Made by a program: the position numbers and the translations under genes. Below are positions 24,480 through 37,319 of a stretch of DNA of 64,000 bases, in pieces; the stretch's first letter is position 1, and the number at the start of each line of letters is the position of its first letter. The notes below the pieces were generated by a model. The model searched no databases. It worked only from the letters and a program-made list of their open reading frames with translations, and had not been told where the DNA came from. This stretch comes from Mobula hypostoma (lineage: Eukaryota): NCBI RefSeq assembly GCF_963921235.1, contig NC_086097.1, positions 235,044,001-235,108,000 on the forward strand, written 5' to 3'.

Positions 24480-24780
24480 CTTACTTATTGATTGATTTAT
24501 TGATTGAAATACAGTGTGGAATAGGCCCTTCCAGCCCTTTGAGCCACACTGCCCAGCGAAACCCAAATTTAATCCTAGCCTAATCCTAGGACAATCTACA
24601 ATGCACAATTAATCTAACAACCAGTACGTCTTTGGTCTGTGGGAGGAAACCGGATCACTCGGAGGAAACCCACGTGGTCACGGGGAGAACATACAAACTC
24701 CTCATAGGCAGTGGCAGGAAACGAAGCCGGGTCACCTGTGCTGTAAAGCATTGTGCTAACCACTACACTACCGTGCTGCC
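24480..24780 (-). mobile_element. HE1-like V-SINE
   Basis: Reverse complement of the V-domain core (GTGGGAGGAAACCGGATCACTCGGAGGAAACCC) with a tRNA-like head at ~24780. Confidence 0.8.
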
Positions 24781-25058
24781 CAAAGTTAATGAAACATTAT
24801 TGATTGAAAGCATTTGGAAATGGTCCCAAAATTTACTGAGATCCCATTGTTCACTGGTTTTTTGAATTAATCACACATAAGAATACTTTCAAAGTTCAAA
24901 GTTCAAAGTATATTTTATTATCAGAGTACATATATGTCACTACATGCAACACTTAGATTCTTTTTTTGTGGGCATACTCAGGAAATCTACAGAGTAGTAA
25001 CAATGAAGGGTCGAGTAGAGCATAGAAGACAGTGAACAGTGCAAATGTAAATATAAAT

Positions 25059-25622
25059 TCTTCTTGTTCGTCCATCGTCATCATCAATGAAGACCTCGAC
25101 ACCATTGATGGTGTTGAGACTAGCGCGTGATTTGGATTTAAGTGAGGGAGAGTTGCGCAGCGTCAGCCTCACTCTCTCTTCCCAATTCCCATCTGGATCC
25201 AGTGGCAAGACAGAGGCTAGACGGCTGGAGATGGGACTAGGCGCAGTGGATGACCAGGACGTCTTCTGTGTCTTGTCCTGCTCTACACGTTCCACGATGC
25301 TTGCAGAGACCGTCTTCTTGACTGTTGGACCTTCCATTGGTCTCGTCCGCTCAATCCGCCAGAATCTGTCTTCACATGCTAAGGTAGACAACTCCCTATC
25401 TCACCGAGCATTTGAGACCCGTTGGCTACCCTCACCTGGTTTAGCCGGCTTGTCGAAGCCGTTGCCCGGGGTGTGGCCGCTGTCGCATGCAAACAGCTAC
25501 GGGGAGCCACAGGTGAGAGCTGAGTGCCAGGTGGGGACCACAGGTGGACTAACCACCTTGAAAAGGACGCGACATGTTCCCCCATCAGAGGTGCTACCCC
25601 TCCCTGACACTCCATACACCCC
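25059..25622 (-). mobile_element. Non-autonomous RTE-type retroelement nested in a Rex-type 3' fragment
   Basis: TSD TAAATATAAAT (25048-25058 and 25636-25646), GAA-type tail, GC-rich, and an HDV-like ribozyme at the 5' end. The RTE assignment is inferred. Confidence 0.78.
25431..25622 (-). ncRNA. HDV-like self-cleaving ribozyme
   Basis: P1 GGGGUGU (25622-25616) / ACACCCC (25474-25468). P2 CUCACCUG (25517-25510) / CAGGUGAG (25438-25431). P3 GGC/GCC. L3 starts UCCCCGU. GG after P1 for P1.1. P4 CGGCUU-CGAC-AAGCCG. J4/2 GCUAAA with the candidate catalytic C at 25444. Confidence 0.82.
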
Positions 25623-26354
25623 GAAAATATATATATAAATATAAATAAATAGCAATAAATAACGAGAGCATGAAATGACAAGAAAAAGAGTCCTTAAAGT
25701 GAGATCATCTGTTGAGGGAATATCTCAATAGATAAATGTAGTTATCCTCTTTTTTTTCATGAACCTGTGGTTGATGACTGTTTTTGAACCAGATGGAGCA
25801 AGTCCTGATGCACTTGTACCTTCTACCTGATGGCAGTAGTGAGAAAAGTTCATGGCCTGAGTGGTGAGGATCTTTGATGATGGATGTTACTTTAGTATGA
25901 CAGCATTTCATGTAGATGTGCTCAGTGGTTGGGAGGAATCATAGAGGAATAATTTATTATGTAAGCAATAACACTGATCAATGCATTGAAAGTAGTGCCC
26001 TCAAAATGTGAACTAACTTACAGCGTGGTCCATGTGTTCATATTTGCTCTGTATAGTCTGTCAATGGGATCATTAACCTGTATAAATAAAGGATGATAAC
26101 AAAACAGCAAAACTAAAAATTCTAGAGTCAAAATTATTAATAAAGCAGTGCATGCACTGTATTTACATGTTCATTTATTAAAATAATTTATTTTAATATA
26201 GTTCTTCAATTATGTAAAGAGTCAGTCATTTTTTGATTCATAAGATTTGAATGGAGTAGTTCTTAATTAAAATCCTTATTCTTTATTTTTTTTAGAATAT
26301 TGAAGTGCTTTATCCTGCCATATCTGGCATAATCTGGTTTTAACTATATCCACC

Positions 26355-26525
26355 TGAATGCCTGGGTTTCTTCCAGGTGCTCCAGTTTCCTCCCACAGTC
26401 CAAAGATGTGCCAGTTAGTAAGTTAATTGGCTATTGTAAATGGTCCTGTGATTAGGCTACGGTTAAATAGGTAGATTGCTAGGATATGGCGGAAGGGTGT
26501 GTTCCATCTCTTAATAAATAAATTC
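26355..26525 (+). mobile_element. HE1-like V-SINE, partial
   Basis: GGTGCTCCAGTTTCCTCCCACAGTCCAAAGA core plus tail. Confidence 0.75.
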
Positions 26526-27022
26526 AGATCTAATTTGTCAGCTTCTTAATTGCAACAAGGACAAAGATTTCTTTAAAAAAAATGTTCTTTGTGATTGTCG
26601 AGAATGTGGTAAGAGTTTGAGAAACTCTGCAAGAGCAAGAGCTTGTTAATGTTGAGAATTTGAAATAAAGACAGGAAGTGCCAGGAAATCTCAGGGGGGC
26701 ATGCAGAGGCTACAGAGAGAGAAACAGAATTAAAGCATCAGGAGAGATTTTGATCACAGTGAAGGAGAGATTATGTTCATACTTCCTGCCTGGGTGAGCT
26801 GAGGTCATACAAATCAGGAAAAAATCCTTTTGCGGCCTCATACAGAAGTACTACAGGTACCTAGGCAGTACCATTTTCTGTGTATTTTAAAACATGCCAA
26901 CATTTCTAGGTTGGAGACTCAAGAGACTGCGGTTGCTGAAATCTAGAGCAACAAGGGATATGCTGGAGTAAGTCAACGGGTCGAGCAGCATCAGTGGTGG
27001 AAGAAACTGTTTGTTTCAAAGA

Positions 27023-27365
27023 GGGCTGCATGGTAGTGTAGCAGATAGAACCATTGTTTTACAGTGATTGTGCTAACTATCAATTACCGATCAGAGTTTG
27101 ATTCCTGTCGCTGCCTGCAAGGAGCCTCTACTTTCTTTCCATAATTCCATAGATTTCCTCTGGGTGCTCCGGTTTCTCTCCATACTCCAAAGACACATGG
27201 TGAGGGTTAGGGTTGGTAAGTTGTGGGCATGTTACATTGGTGCAAGAAGCTTGGTGACACTCGCAGGCTGCCTTCAGCACAATCCTTGCTGATTTGATTT
27301 GATGCAAATGACACAATTCACTGTCTGTTTCGATGTTTCAACATACATCTAACAAATAAAGCGAA
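27023..27365 (+). mobile_element. V-SINE with alternative 3' tail
   Basis: tRNA-like head and V core, followed by a GTTGTGGGCATGTTAC...AAATAAAGC tail. The same type occurs on the minus strand at ~39755-40055 and ~42605-42860. Confidence 0.7.
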
Positions 27366-27614
27366 TCTAATCCCATCTAAAATTTCTAGGTCATTGTCTT
27401 CAAGAGACTCTGCTCACTATAACACTGAATTTGGCACCTTATGTAGTACTGCTACCTTTGCCTTACATTACACAAACAATTACATTTCATGATGTTCTAC
27501 CAAAAAAGTCGACTGTCCAGCCCCATTCGTGAATGCTGCTTGACCTGCTGAATACCGTTTTTTCCAATTACTCCACATTTACTGTACACCAACAGGACAG
27601 ATTATAGAGTAATT

Positions 27615-28345
27615 TACAAAGTAAATGGCAGGATACTTGGTAGTGTGGAGGAGCAGAGGGATCTGGGGGTACATGTCCACAGATCCCTGAAAGTTGCCTC
27701 ACAGATGGATAGGGTAGTTAAGAAAGCTTATGGGGTGTTAGCTTTCATAAGTCGAGGGATAGAGTTTAAGAGTCGCGATGTAATGATGCAGCTCTATAAA
27801 ACTCTGGTTAGGCCACACTTGGAGTACTGTGTCCAGTTCTGGTCACCTCACTATAGGAAGGATGTGGAAGCATTGGAAAGGGTACAGAGAAGATTTACCA
27901 GGATGCTGCCTGGTTTAGAAAGTATGCACTATGATCAGAGATTAAGGGAGCTAGTGCTTTACTCTTTGGAGAGAAGGAGGATGAGAGGAGACATGATAGA
28001 GGTGTACAAGATAATAAGAGGAATAGATAGAGTGGATAGCCAGCGCCTCTTCCCCAGGGCACCACTGCTCAATACAAGAGGACATGGCTTTAAGGTAAGG
28101 GGTGGGAAGTTCAAGGGGGATATTAGAGGAAGTTTTTTTACTCAGAGAGTGGTTGGTGCGTGGAATGCACTGCCTGAGTCAGTGGTGGAGGCAGATACAC
28201 TAGTGAAGTTTAAGAGACTACTAGACAGGTATATGGAGGAATCTAAGGTGGAGGCTTATATGGGAGGCAGGGTTTGAGGGTCGCACAACATTGTGGGCTG
28301 AAGGGCCTGTACTGTGCTGTACTGTTCTATGTTCTATGTTCTATA
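27615..28345 (+). mobile_element. Young CR1 3' fragment, same subfamily as 10818-14082
   Basis: Open ORF 27645..28277 nearly identical to the ORF2 C-terminus of the 10818 copy, with a (TTCTATG)n tail. Confidence 0.94.
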
Positions 28346-31210
28346 AAAGGACTGTCGTGGAACTGAATCACTGGCTGGGTCCAGCAGGCCTGAGTACACT
28401 GGTTATGTAATAAATACGCTAAGATTCTCTTAAAAGCAGAGGTAGAGGAGTGTGCTTCATAATCAACTCTTCTTGGTGCACAAATATATCAGTGTTGTCC
28501 CAATTCTGCTCACCAGATCTAGAATATCTTGCAGATAAGTGCTGTCCTTTGTACCTACCACAGGAGATTTGCAGGGTCATTTTGGTAGTGGTATACATTC
28601 CACCTCAGGCCAATGTCAATCAGGCTTTAGATGAACTGAGCAATGGGATCAACATGCGTGGAACAGCCTTCACCATAATTTTTGGGTGGTTTTAACCAGG
28701 CCAGTCTGAAAAAAAAAATTACTACGCAATTACCATCAACTTGCAATACCAGAGGAAACAACACACTGGACCATTCTTACACCACCATCAAGACTGCCTA
28801 CTGTGCTATTCCACACCCTTACTTCAGGAAGTCTGATCACCTGGCTGTACTTCTACTCCCTGAGTACAGGCAGAGACTGAAGACTGCAGCACCAGTAACG
28901 AGGACCAAGAAGGTACGGACAAGAGAAGTACAGGAGCACATATAGGACTACTTTGAATTGGTAGACTGGTCTGTATTCAGGGATTCATCTTCGAACCTGG
29001 ATGAGTATGCCGCTGTTGTTTCCGACATTACTAAAACCAGTGTGGATGGGTGTGTGCCTACAAAGACTAGCAGTACATTCCCAAACCAAAAGCCGTGGAT
29101 GAACCAAGAGTTATGTCATCTGCTGAAGGCTAGATCAGTGGCATTCAAGTCTGGTGACCCAGGTCTGTACCAGAAAAGCAGGTATGATCTACCTATGGCT
29201 ATTGCAAGGGTGAAGAGACAATTTTAAAACAAGGTTGGAGGTGACATCAGACGTAAGACAACTCTGGCAGGGTCTGCAAGTCATTACTTTCTACAAAGTG
29301 AAACCCAATAGCAGTGATGCTCCACTACCAAATGAACTTATTGCCTTCTATGCCTGCTTTGAAAGGGAACATATAACCACAGCTATGAAGGTCCCTGCTG
29401 CACCCAGTGACCCTGTGATATCAGTCTCAGAGGGTGATGTTAAGCTGTCTTTAAGGAGGATGAAACTTCGCCAGGTGGAAGGTCCTGATGGAGTGCCTGG
29501 TAAGGCTCTGAAAACTCATGCCAACCAACTGGCAGGAGTATTCAAGGACATTTTCAACCTCTTACTGCTACAGGCAGAAGTTCTCACTTGCTTCAAAAAT
29601 CCATCAATTATACCAGTACCTAAGAAGGATAATGTGAGTTGCCTTAATGACTATCGCCTGGTAGCACTCACACCTATAGTAATGAAATGCTTTGAGAGGT
29701 TGGTCATGACTAGACTGAACTCCTGCCTCAGCAAGGACCTGGACCCATTGCAATTTTCCCATCGCCACAATAGGTCAATGGCAGATGCAATCTCAATGGC
29801 TCTTCACACAGCTTTAGACCACCTGGACAATACAAACACCTATGTCAGAATGCTGTTCATCAACTATAGCTCATCATTCAACACTATTATTCCTACAATC
29901 CTGATTGCGAAGTTATAGAACCTGGGCCTCTGCAGTGGGATCCTCGACTTCCTAACTGGAAGACTACAAACTGTGCGAATTAGTGGTAATATCTCCTCCT
30001 CACTGACGATCAACACTGCTGCACCTCAGATATGTGTGCTTAGCCCAGTGCTGTACTCTCTTTATACCCATGACTGTATGTCTAGGCATAGCTCAAATAC
30101 CATCTATAAATTTGCTGATAATACAACTGTTGTTGGTGGAATCTCAGATGGAGATGAGAGAGTGTACAGGACTGAGATATGCCAACTAGTTGAGTGGTGT
30201 CGTAGCAACAACCTGGTACTCATCGTCAGTAAGAGAAGAGAGCTGATTGTGGACTTCAGGAACGGTAAGACGAAGGAATACATACCAATCCTCATAGAGG
30301 GATCAGAAGTGGAGAGAGTGAGCAGTTTCGAGTTCCTGGGTGTCAAGATCTCTGAGGATCTAACCTGGTCCCAACATATTGATGCAGTTTACAAAGAAGG
30401 CAAGGCAGCATCTATACTTCATTCGGAGTTTGAAGCGTTTTGGTATGTCAACAGAAATACTCAAAAACTTCTATAGATGGTACCATGGAGAGCATTTTGA
30501 AAGTCTGCATCACTGTCTGGTATGAGGAGGATACTGCACAGGACTGAAAGGAGCTGTGAAGGGTCGTAAATGTAGTCGCCTCCATCTTGGTACTCAGGAC
30601 ATCTTCAAGGAGCAGTGTCTCAGAAAGGCAGCGTCCATTATTAAAGATCTCCAGCATCCAGGGCATGCCCTTTTCTCACTGTTACCATCAGGTAGGAGGT
30701 ACAGAATCCTGCAGGCACACATTCAGCGATTCAGGAACAGCTTCTTCCCCACTGCCATCTGATTCCTAAATGGATATTGAACCCATGACCACTACCTCAC
30801 TTTTTAAATAATTATTATTTCAGCTTTTTGCACAATTTTTAATCTATTCAATATACATATACTATAATTTATTTATTTATTAATTATTATTATTATTTTT
30901 CTTCTTCTATATTATAGGACCATAAGATCATAAGACAAGAGCAGAAGTGGGCCATTCGGCCCATCGAGTCTGCTCTGCCATTTTATCATGAGTTGATCTA
31001 TTCTCCCATTTAGTCCCACTCCCCTGCCTTCTCACCATAACCTTTGATGCCCTGGCTACGCAGATACCTATCAATCTCTTCCTTAAATACACCCAATGAC
31101 TTACTGGTATTGCCAGTAATTACCAGTAGTTATGTATTGTATTGAACTGCTGCTGCTAAGTTAACAAATTTCATAACATATACCAGTGATAATAAACCTG
31201 ATTCTGATTT
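28345..31210 (+). mobile_element. Rex1/Babar LINE, near full coding length, decayed
   Basis: EN (VYIPPQA, SDHLAVLL), PNQKPWM, RT (LDPLQF, KFADNTT) and C-terminal ORFs 28450..30762. An inverted CR1 3' end is nested at ~30920-31105. Confidence 0.9.
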
Positions 31211-32269
31211 CAGCATCTGGAGTCACTTATGTCCCTGTTATGTTTCTCTTTTGTATCTATGAAAATATTACAAGCTGTTTCACAAAACAAAATCATTGTC
31301 CATTGTGTGGGAAGCTGTCAGGCTCAATCTGCTAACAGTGAGATATTGCAAGCAGTTAATGTGTCTCCTGTGATGCTGACCACTGTAGGAATGGGGACTC
31401 GGTCAGTTTTACCTCGAATAATGCTTCGAGAAGCATAATATATACATCAATAAATAAAGAGTAATTTGGTTAAATGCCTTAACAGAGGGACAATGAGCTC
31501 ATCAGAGTGGATTCTTCAATCCTGAATCACATTTTCAACGGACATTATGTAATAATCTCCAAAGTAACTTGCCTTGCATTGCACTATTAATGTTGCAAGC
31601 ATCCCAAGACACTTTGCACAAGTGATCAGAATCAATAAATAAGTCTGAAATAACTGGTGTGAATACAAAGTGAAATGAGGTAAACTAAAGTTCAAACCAA
31701 TAATTTTTCCCCCTTTTAAAGGAGCAGGAATTGAAAGGAAGTGACAATTACAAAAGCTGACATAAAGGCAAGTGTTTAAAGATTGTGCTTTCTAATTCGC
31801 AAATCAATTTCAATGTATGGAGTCTATTTAGTGCAAACCTATGCATATCCATCATCAAGAACCCACCATTGAATCAATACTCTCTTGTCACTGCTGCTAT
31901 CCAGAAGGAAGTACAGAAGCTATAGGTCCCACAGCACCAGGTTCAGGAACATTTACTACCTTTCAATGATTAGGCTTCTGAACCAGAGTGGATTCCTTCA
32001 TTCACCTCAACTTTTAACCGATGCCACAATCTATAGACTCACTTTCAAGGACTCTACAACTCATGTTCTCAGTATTATTTATTGCTTTGCTTGTTTGTTC
32101 TTGTATTTGCACAGTTTGTCTTCGATGCACATTGCTTGTTTGATATTCTTTGTGTTGTCTCTCATTGATTCTATTGTATTTCTTTGTTCTACTGCGAATG
32201 TCCACCAGAAAATGAGTCATATATAGATACGGTGATAATACATTTACTTTGAGCTTTGATACAAGGAAT

Positions 32270-34470
32270 GATCCCAGAACCAAACTTTGAAGCTGAATCC
32301 ACAAGGCGTCAGGAGTTCTCTACCATCTTCCCGGTTGCAGTGTACATTCCACCCCTGGCCACTGTCAGGCATGCTTTGGAGGAGCAGAGCTCTGTGCTCA
32401 GCATCACAAAACAATGTATTTTGATGTCTTCCCTATCATTGTGGGTGGTTTCAAACAGGCTCTCTAAAAGAAATCTCCGAACAACTACCACCAACATACC
32501 ACCTATGAAACCAGACGAGCCAGCACACTTGACCACTGCCAACCACCATTAAGAATACTTACCGTGCCATCCCTAACCCACACATCGAAAAGTCCGATCA
32601 CCTGGCTATACCTCTACTCCCAGCATATAGGCAGAGACCAAGACCACAACACCAATGGTGAGGACTAAGGAGGAATCAAGGGAGGTGGAGGAGTATTTAC
32701 AGGATTGCTTTGAGTCGGTTGACTGCACAATATTCAGGGATTCATCTTTGAGTCTGAATGACTCATCGAGACCTGCGTGACTTCAAGAGCATTCCAACAT
32801 ACCCAAACAAAAAGCCACGGAGATTCACAATCCCTAGAGACTAGTTCTGTGGCATTCAAGACCTATAATCCAGAACCATGCAGCAAGTCCCGGTATGGCT
32901 TATGGAAGTCTATCTTAATTGTGAAAAAACCATTCTGAGTGAAGTTAAAGATGGAATTGAATGCATGTCAGCTCTGGCAGGGTTTGAGGGTCATTACTTC
33001 CTAAAAGATGAAGCTTAACATCATGAATGGCAGTGTTGCTTCACTCGCAGGTTTTGAAAGGGAGAATTAAACTACACCTGTGCGAATCCCTGCAGCATCT
33101 GGTAACCCTGTGACCTCTGTCCTGGAGGCTGAAGTCAGAAAATCTTCCAAGCGGGTGAACCCTCGCAAGACATCAGGCCCTGATGGGGCACCTGGTAGGG
33201 AACTGAAAACCTGTGGCAAACAACTTGAATGAGTGTTCAAAGATATCTTCAATCTCTCACTGCTGCAGTCATAGATTTCCACCTGCTTCAACAGTGACCA
33301 AGAATGGCAAGGTGAGCTGCCTCAATGATTACTGCCCAGTGGCACTCACAGTTACTGTGATGAAGTGCTTCGAGAAGTTGGTAATGGCTAGAATCACCTA
33401 AGCAAGGTCATGAACCTGCTGCAATTTGTCTATCATCACAATAGGTCTACAGTGGATGCAATCTCACTGGGTCTCTACTCGGCCTTGGATCACCTGGACA
33501 ATAGCAATAACTACGCCAGGCTGCAGCATATTGATTACAGCTTAGCATTCAACACCATCATATCATGAGTACTAACCAAAAAGCTCCAAAAGCTGGGCCT
33601 ATGTACCTCCCTCTGCAACTAAATCTTTGACTTCCACATTGGGAGACCACAGTCAGTGCAGATTGGAAATAACATCTCCTCCTCACTGGCAATCAACACT
33701 GGAAAACCTCAAGGATGAGTGCTTAACCCATTGCTCTACTTTTTCTATACCCATAACTTTATGGCTAAGCATAGCTTGTGCCTTCTATAAGTTTGGCAAT
33801 GACACAACTGCTGTTGGCGGAATTTCAGATCGTGACAAGGAGAGATACAGGACTGAAGTAGATTGGCCCATTAAGAAGTGTTGCAACAACAATATTTCAC
33901 TCAGTATCCTTTAGACCAGGGCATTGATTGTGTTGTTCTAGTAGGGACGAAGGAATACATATCAGTCCTCACCGAGAGATCAGTAGTGGGAAGTTTGAGC
34001 AGATTCAAGTTCCTAGGTGTCAACTTTGCTGAAGGTCTATCCTGGGCCCAACATAATGATGCAATTGAAAAGAAGGCAAAATGGCAGCTGTATTTCCTTC
34101 CGAGTTTGAGGAGACTTGGTATAGAACCAAGGACTCTCACAAATTTTTACAACTGTACCCTGGAGAGCATTGTAACTAGTTGCTTCACACTTTAGTATGA
34201 ATGAGCCACTCCACAGGATCAGAAAAAGCTGCAGAAGGTTGTAAAGTCAAACAGCTCTATCATGGGGACTAGCCTCTACAGCATCGACGACATCTTCGAA
34301 AGGCGATGTCTCAAATAGGTGGCATCCTTCATTCAGTCTCACGTCATCCAGGACGCGCCCTCTTCTCATTGCTACCATCACGGCGATGGTACAGGAACCT
34401 GACATCACACGCTCAACAATTTATGAACTCTGCGATCAAATTTCTATATTGACAATGAATTCATGTACAT
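32270..34470 (+). mobile_element. Rex1/Babar LINE, heavily decayed
   Basis: [17 protein letters not shown] and FKFLGV fragments. A separate Rex 3' piece lies at ~31850-32255. Confidence 0.85.
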
Positions 34471-37300
34471 GCATCCTTGATAATGCTTTTCACCCTGCTC
34501 AGGCAGCGTTTATTGTAGATGTTCTCAATGGTGGGCAATTGGGCGCCAATAATCCGCCGGGCAGTTTTCATCACACGCTGGAGTGCTTTGCGGTCCAATA
34601 CGGGACAATTGCCATACCATATTGAGATGCAGTTGGTGAGTATGCTCTCAATGGTACAGCGGTAAAAGTCCGTCAGTATCCTGGGACAGAGGTGAGATTT
34701 CTTGATGCTTCACAGGAAATAAAGGCGCTGATGCGCCTTTTTGATCAGGGTGGAGGAGTTCCGGGACCAGGTGAGATCCTCAGAAATGTGGACATCAAGG
34801 AATTTGAAGCTTGATACATGCTCCACTACAGCTCCGTTGATGTAGATGGGGATGTGAGTGTGGTTCCTAGCATGCCTGAAGTCCACAATGATCTCCCTGG
34901 TCTTCTGGGTGTTAAGAGCCAGGTTGTTGTCAGCACTTCATCCCTGAAGGCCGTCTCGTCATCCCCTCTGATCAGGCCAACCATGGTGGTGTCATCTGCG
35001 ATCTTGATTATGGAGTTAGAACCATGTACAGGAATGCAGTCATAGGTGAAAAGGGAGTACAGAAGAGGGCTCAGCACACAGCCTTGAGGCACGCCGGTGT
35101 TCAGGGTGAGAGTGGAGGAGGAGAGGTTGCCTAACTGAACTGATTGGGGTCTGTTAGTCAGAAAGTCCAAAGTCCAATTGCAGAGGGATGAGCTGATACC
35201 AAGCTGGCGAAGTTTGGTGATCGGCTTGGAGGGGATCACAGTATTGAATGCCGAACTAAAGTCAATGAACAGCATTCTGACGTAAGAGTTGGGGCTGTCC
35301 AGGTGGGTCAGGGCGGAGCGAACTGCCGTGGAGATGGTGTCCTCTGTTAACCTGCTGGTGTGACAGGCAAATTGATGGGCGTCCAGGGTAGTGGGCAGAC
35401 AGGATTTCAGATGTGATAGAACCAGCTCTCAAAGCACTTTGCAATAATGGGGGTGAGTGCAACTGGGCGGAAGTCATTCAGGCCCGTGGCAATGGAATGC
35501 TTTGGCACTGGCACGATGGTGGTGATCTTGAAGCTTGTGGGGTCAACTGCCTGTGCCAGGGACAGATTGAAAATGTCTCTGAAGACCCTGGTCAACTGCC
35601 CTGCACAGACTCTGAGCACACAGCCAGGTATTCCATCCGGACCAGCTGCCTTCCATACATTCACCCTGCTCAGGGTGGTGCAAACATCAGAGGTGGAAAG
35701 TGAGTGAGACAGTTCACCAGGTGGGAGACCCGCTTTGAGGGTGATCTCCTTGTTCTCTCGGTCAAAGCGAGCATGGAAGAAATTGAGCTCATCAGGGAGG
35801 GAAGCAGAGCTGGAAGGGGGCACAGTGCTTTGAAGTCTGTTATAATCTGTATGCCATGCCACATGTGCCGGGGGTCTGAAGAGTTGAAATGCTCCTCGAT
35901 CTTCTGTTTGTATATGTGTTTAGCCTGAGCGATTCCCCTCCTCAGGTTGGCCCTGGCTGAGCTGTAAGCCTCTCGGTCTCCAGACCTGAAGACTGAATCT
36001 CTGGCTTTGAGTAGGAGGTGAACTTCTCTGTTCATCCATGGTTTCTGATTGGGGAAAACTTTTATTTGCTTTTGTGATGTCACTCTATCTGCACACTTGT
36101 TGATGTGCTCAGGGACAGAGTTGGTATATAAATCAATGTTAATCTGAGAGTCTGTGGTGGCATGGGCAGCAAACGCGCTCCAGTCTGTGTGCTGGAATTG
36201 GTGCTGAAGAGCAGAGTCAGCACCTTCCAGCCAGATCTTAATAGTCTTCATTGTGGGTTTCACACGTTTAATGACCGGGCTATACATGAGAAGCAGAAAC
36301 AATGAAAGATGGTCGGACTGAACCAGGTGGGGGAGGGTAGTGGCTTTGTAAGTGTAACGTTCCGTTATATTGGCTCGTGTATGTCTAGGGGAAATCCTGC
36401 CCAGCACCTGCTTCAACACTCCCCTCAGGGTCAGTCGCCGCCCGAATCAATCACAAACATCAATCATCAGCCAGCACACCCAGTAAATTTTAACAAATAC
36501 ACTTTATATATATTACTAATTCTATGACATTAATATGCATTTGATACAGAGAGGAAAGTAATGGTAAAAAAAGGCGCCAACACTTATCAAAGTCCAAGTT
36601 CTTCGCGCGCTACGTTGGAGCGCAATTCGACGTCAGATGACCACCCGAATTCCGTCGACTCACGGCTCGGGACCACCCTGAGTGATCGACCGGAGCCACT
36701 CTGCACGTCCGCGGTCCTCCTCGTCTCTCCTCCGACTCCCCGCCAAAACCCAGTCCACAGTCATATCATACAGCATGGCATCCGAAAACAAAACGATACA
36801 TAACCACCCATTGGCTAATAGAACCTTGTTATCATCATTTTAAAGTAAAACAATCTGTTAGCGGAAACTCTGTGTAGCGTTAAAACACAACAAAGCCGCA
36901 TTCCCCAGATTAACATAACAAAATCGCCATTTAAAATGTAACAAAAGAAAGACCCCGTACATAAGCGTCAGCCACATTTGTGCAGACATGATCTAAGGTT
37001 TTATTTCCTCTTGTGGTGCCTGATACATTTTGGTAAAATCTTGGAAGCATGGTAAGTAGGTTACAATGATTAAAGTCCCCAGCGACAATAAAGGCTCCGT
37101 CTGGATGCAATGTCTGCAGCTTGCTAATAGCGACACTGAGGTCTTTCATGGCTACTTTAGCAGTAGCATCTGGTGGTACATAAACTGTGACAGCAATGGT
37201 GCATGTAAACTCTCAAGGTTGATAAAAAGGTCTGCACTTAATAATCAGGTATTCCAGGTCAGCAGAGCAATAAGTGTCAGCAATGGTAGTCTTAGTACAC
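34470..37300 (-). mobile_element. Rex1/Babar LINE (different subfamily) split by a solo LTR
   Basis: ORFs 36931..37149 (AGDFNH), 35670..36419, 35407..35862 and 34826..35275 ([16 protein letters not shown]). Confidence 0.9.
36353..36961. mobile_element. Solo LTR (609 bp)
   Basis: TGTA...TACA termini and a 4-bp TSD TAAG (36349-36352 and 36962-36965). Removing it restores the Rex1 frame ...VADAYKATT. Confidence 0.92.
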
Positions 37301-37319
37301 CATGATCGATTTATGTAGA

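Noticed and set aside
25087..25638. 183-aa plus-strand ORF
   Set aside because: Antisense to a GC-rich non-autonomous retroelement and its ribozyme, with no recognisable domain.
34539..34548. TTGGGCGCCA, the reverse complement of a tRNA-Lys PBS start (foamy-type)
   Set aside because: Lies within the Rex1 coding frame (IIGAQLP) with no adjacent LTR.
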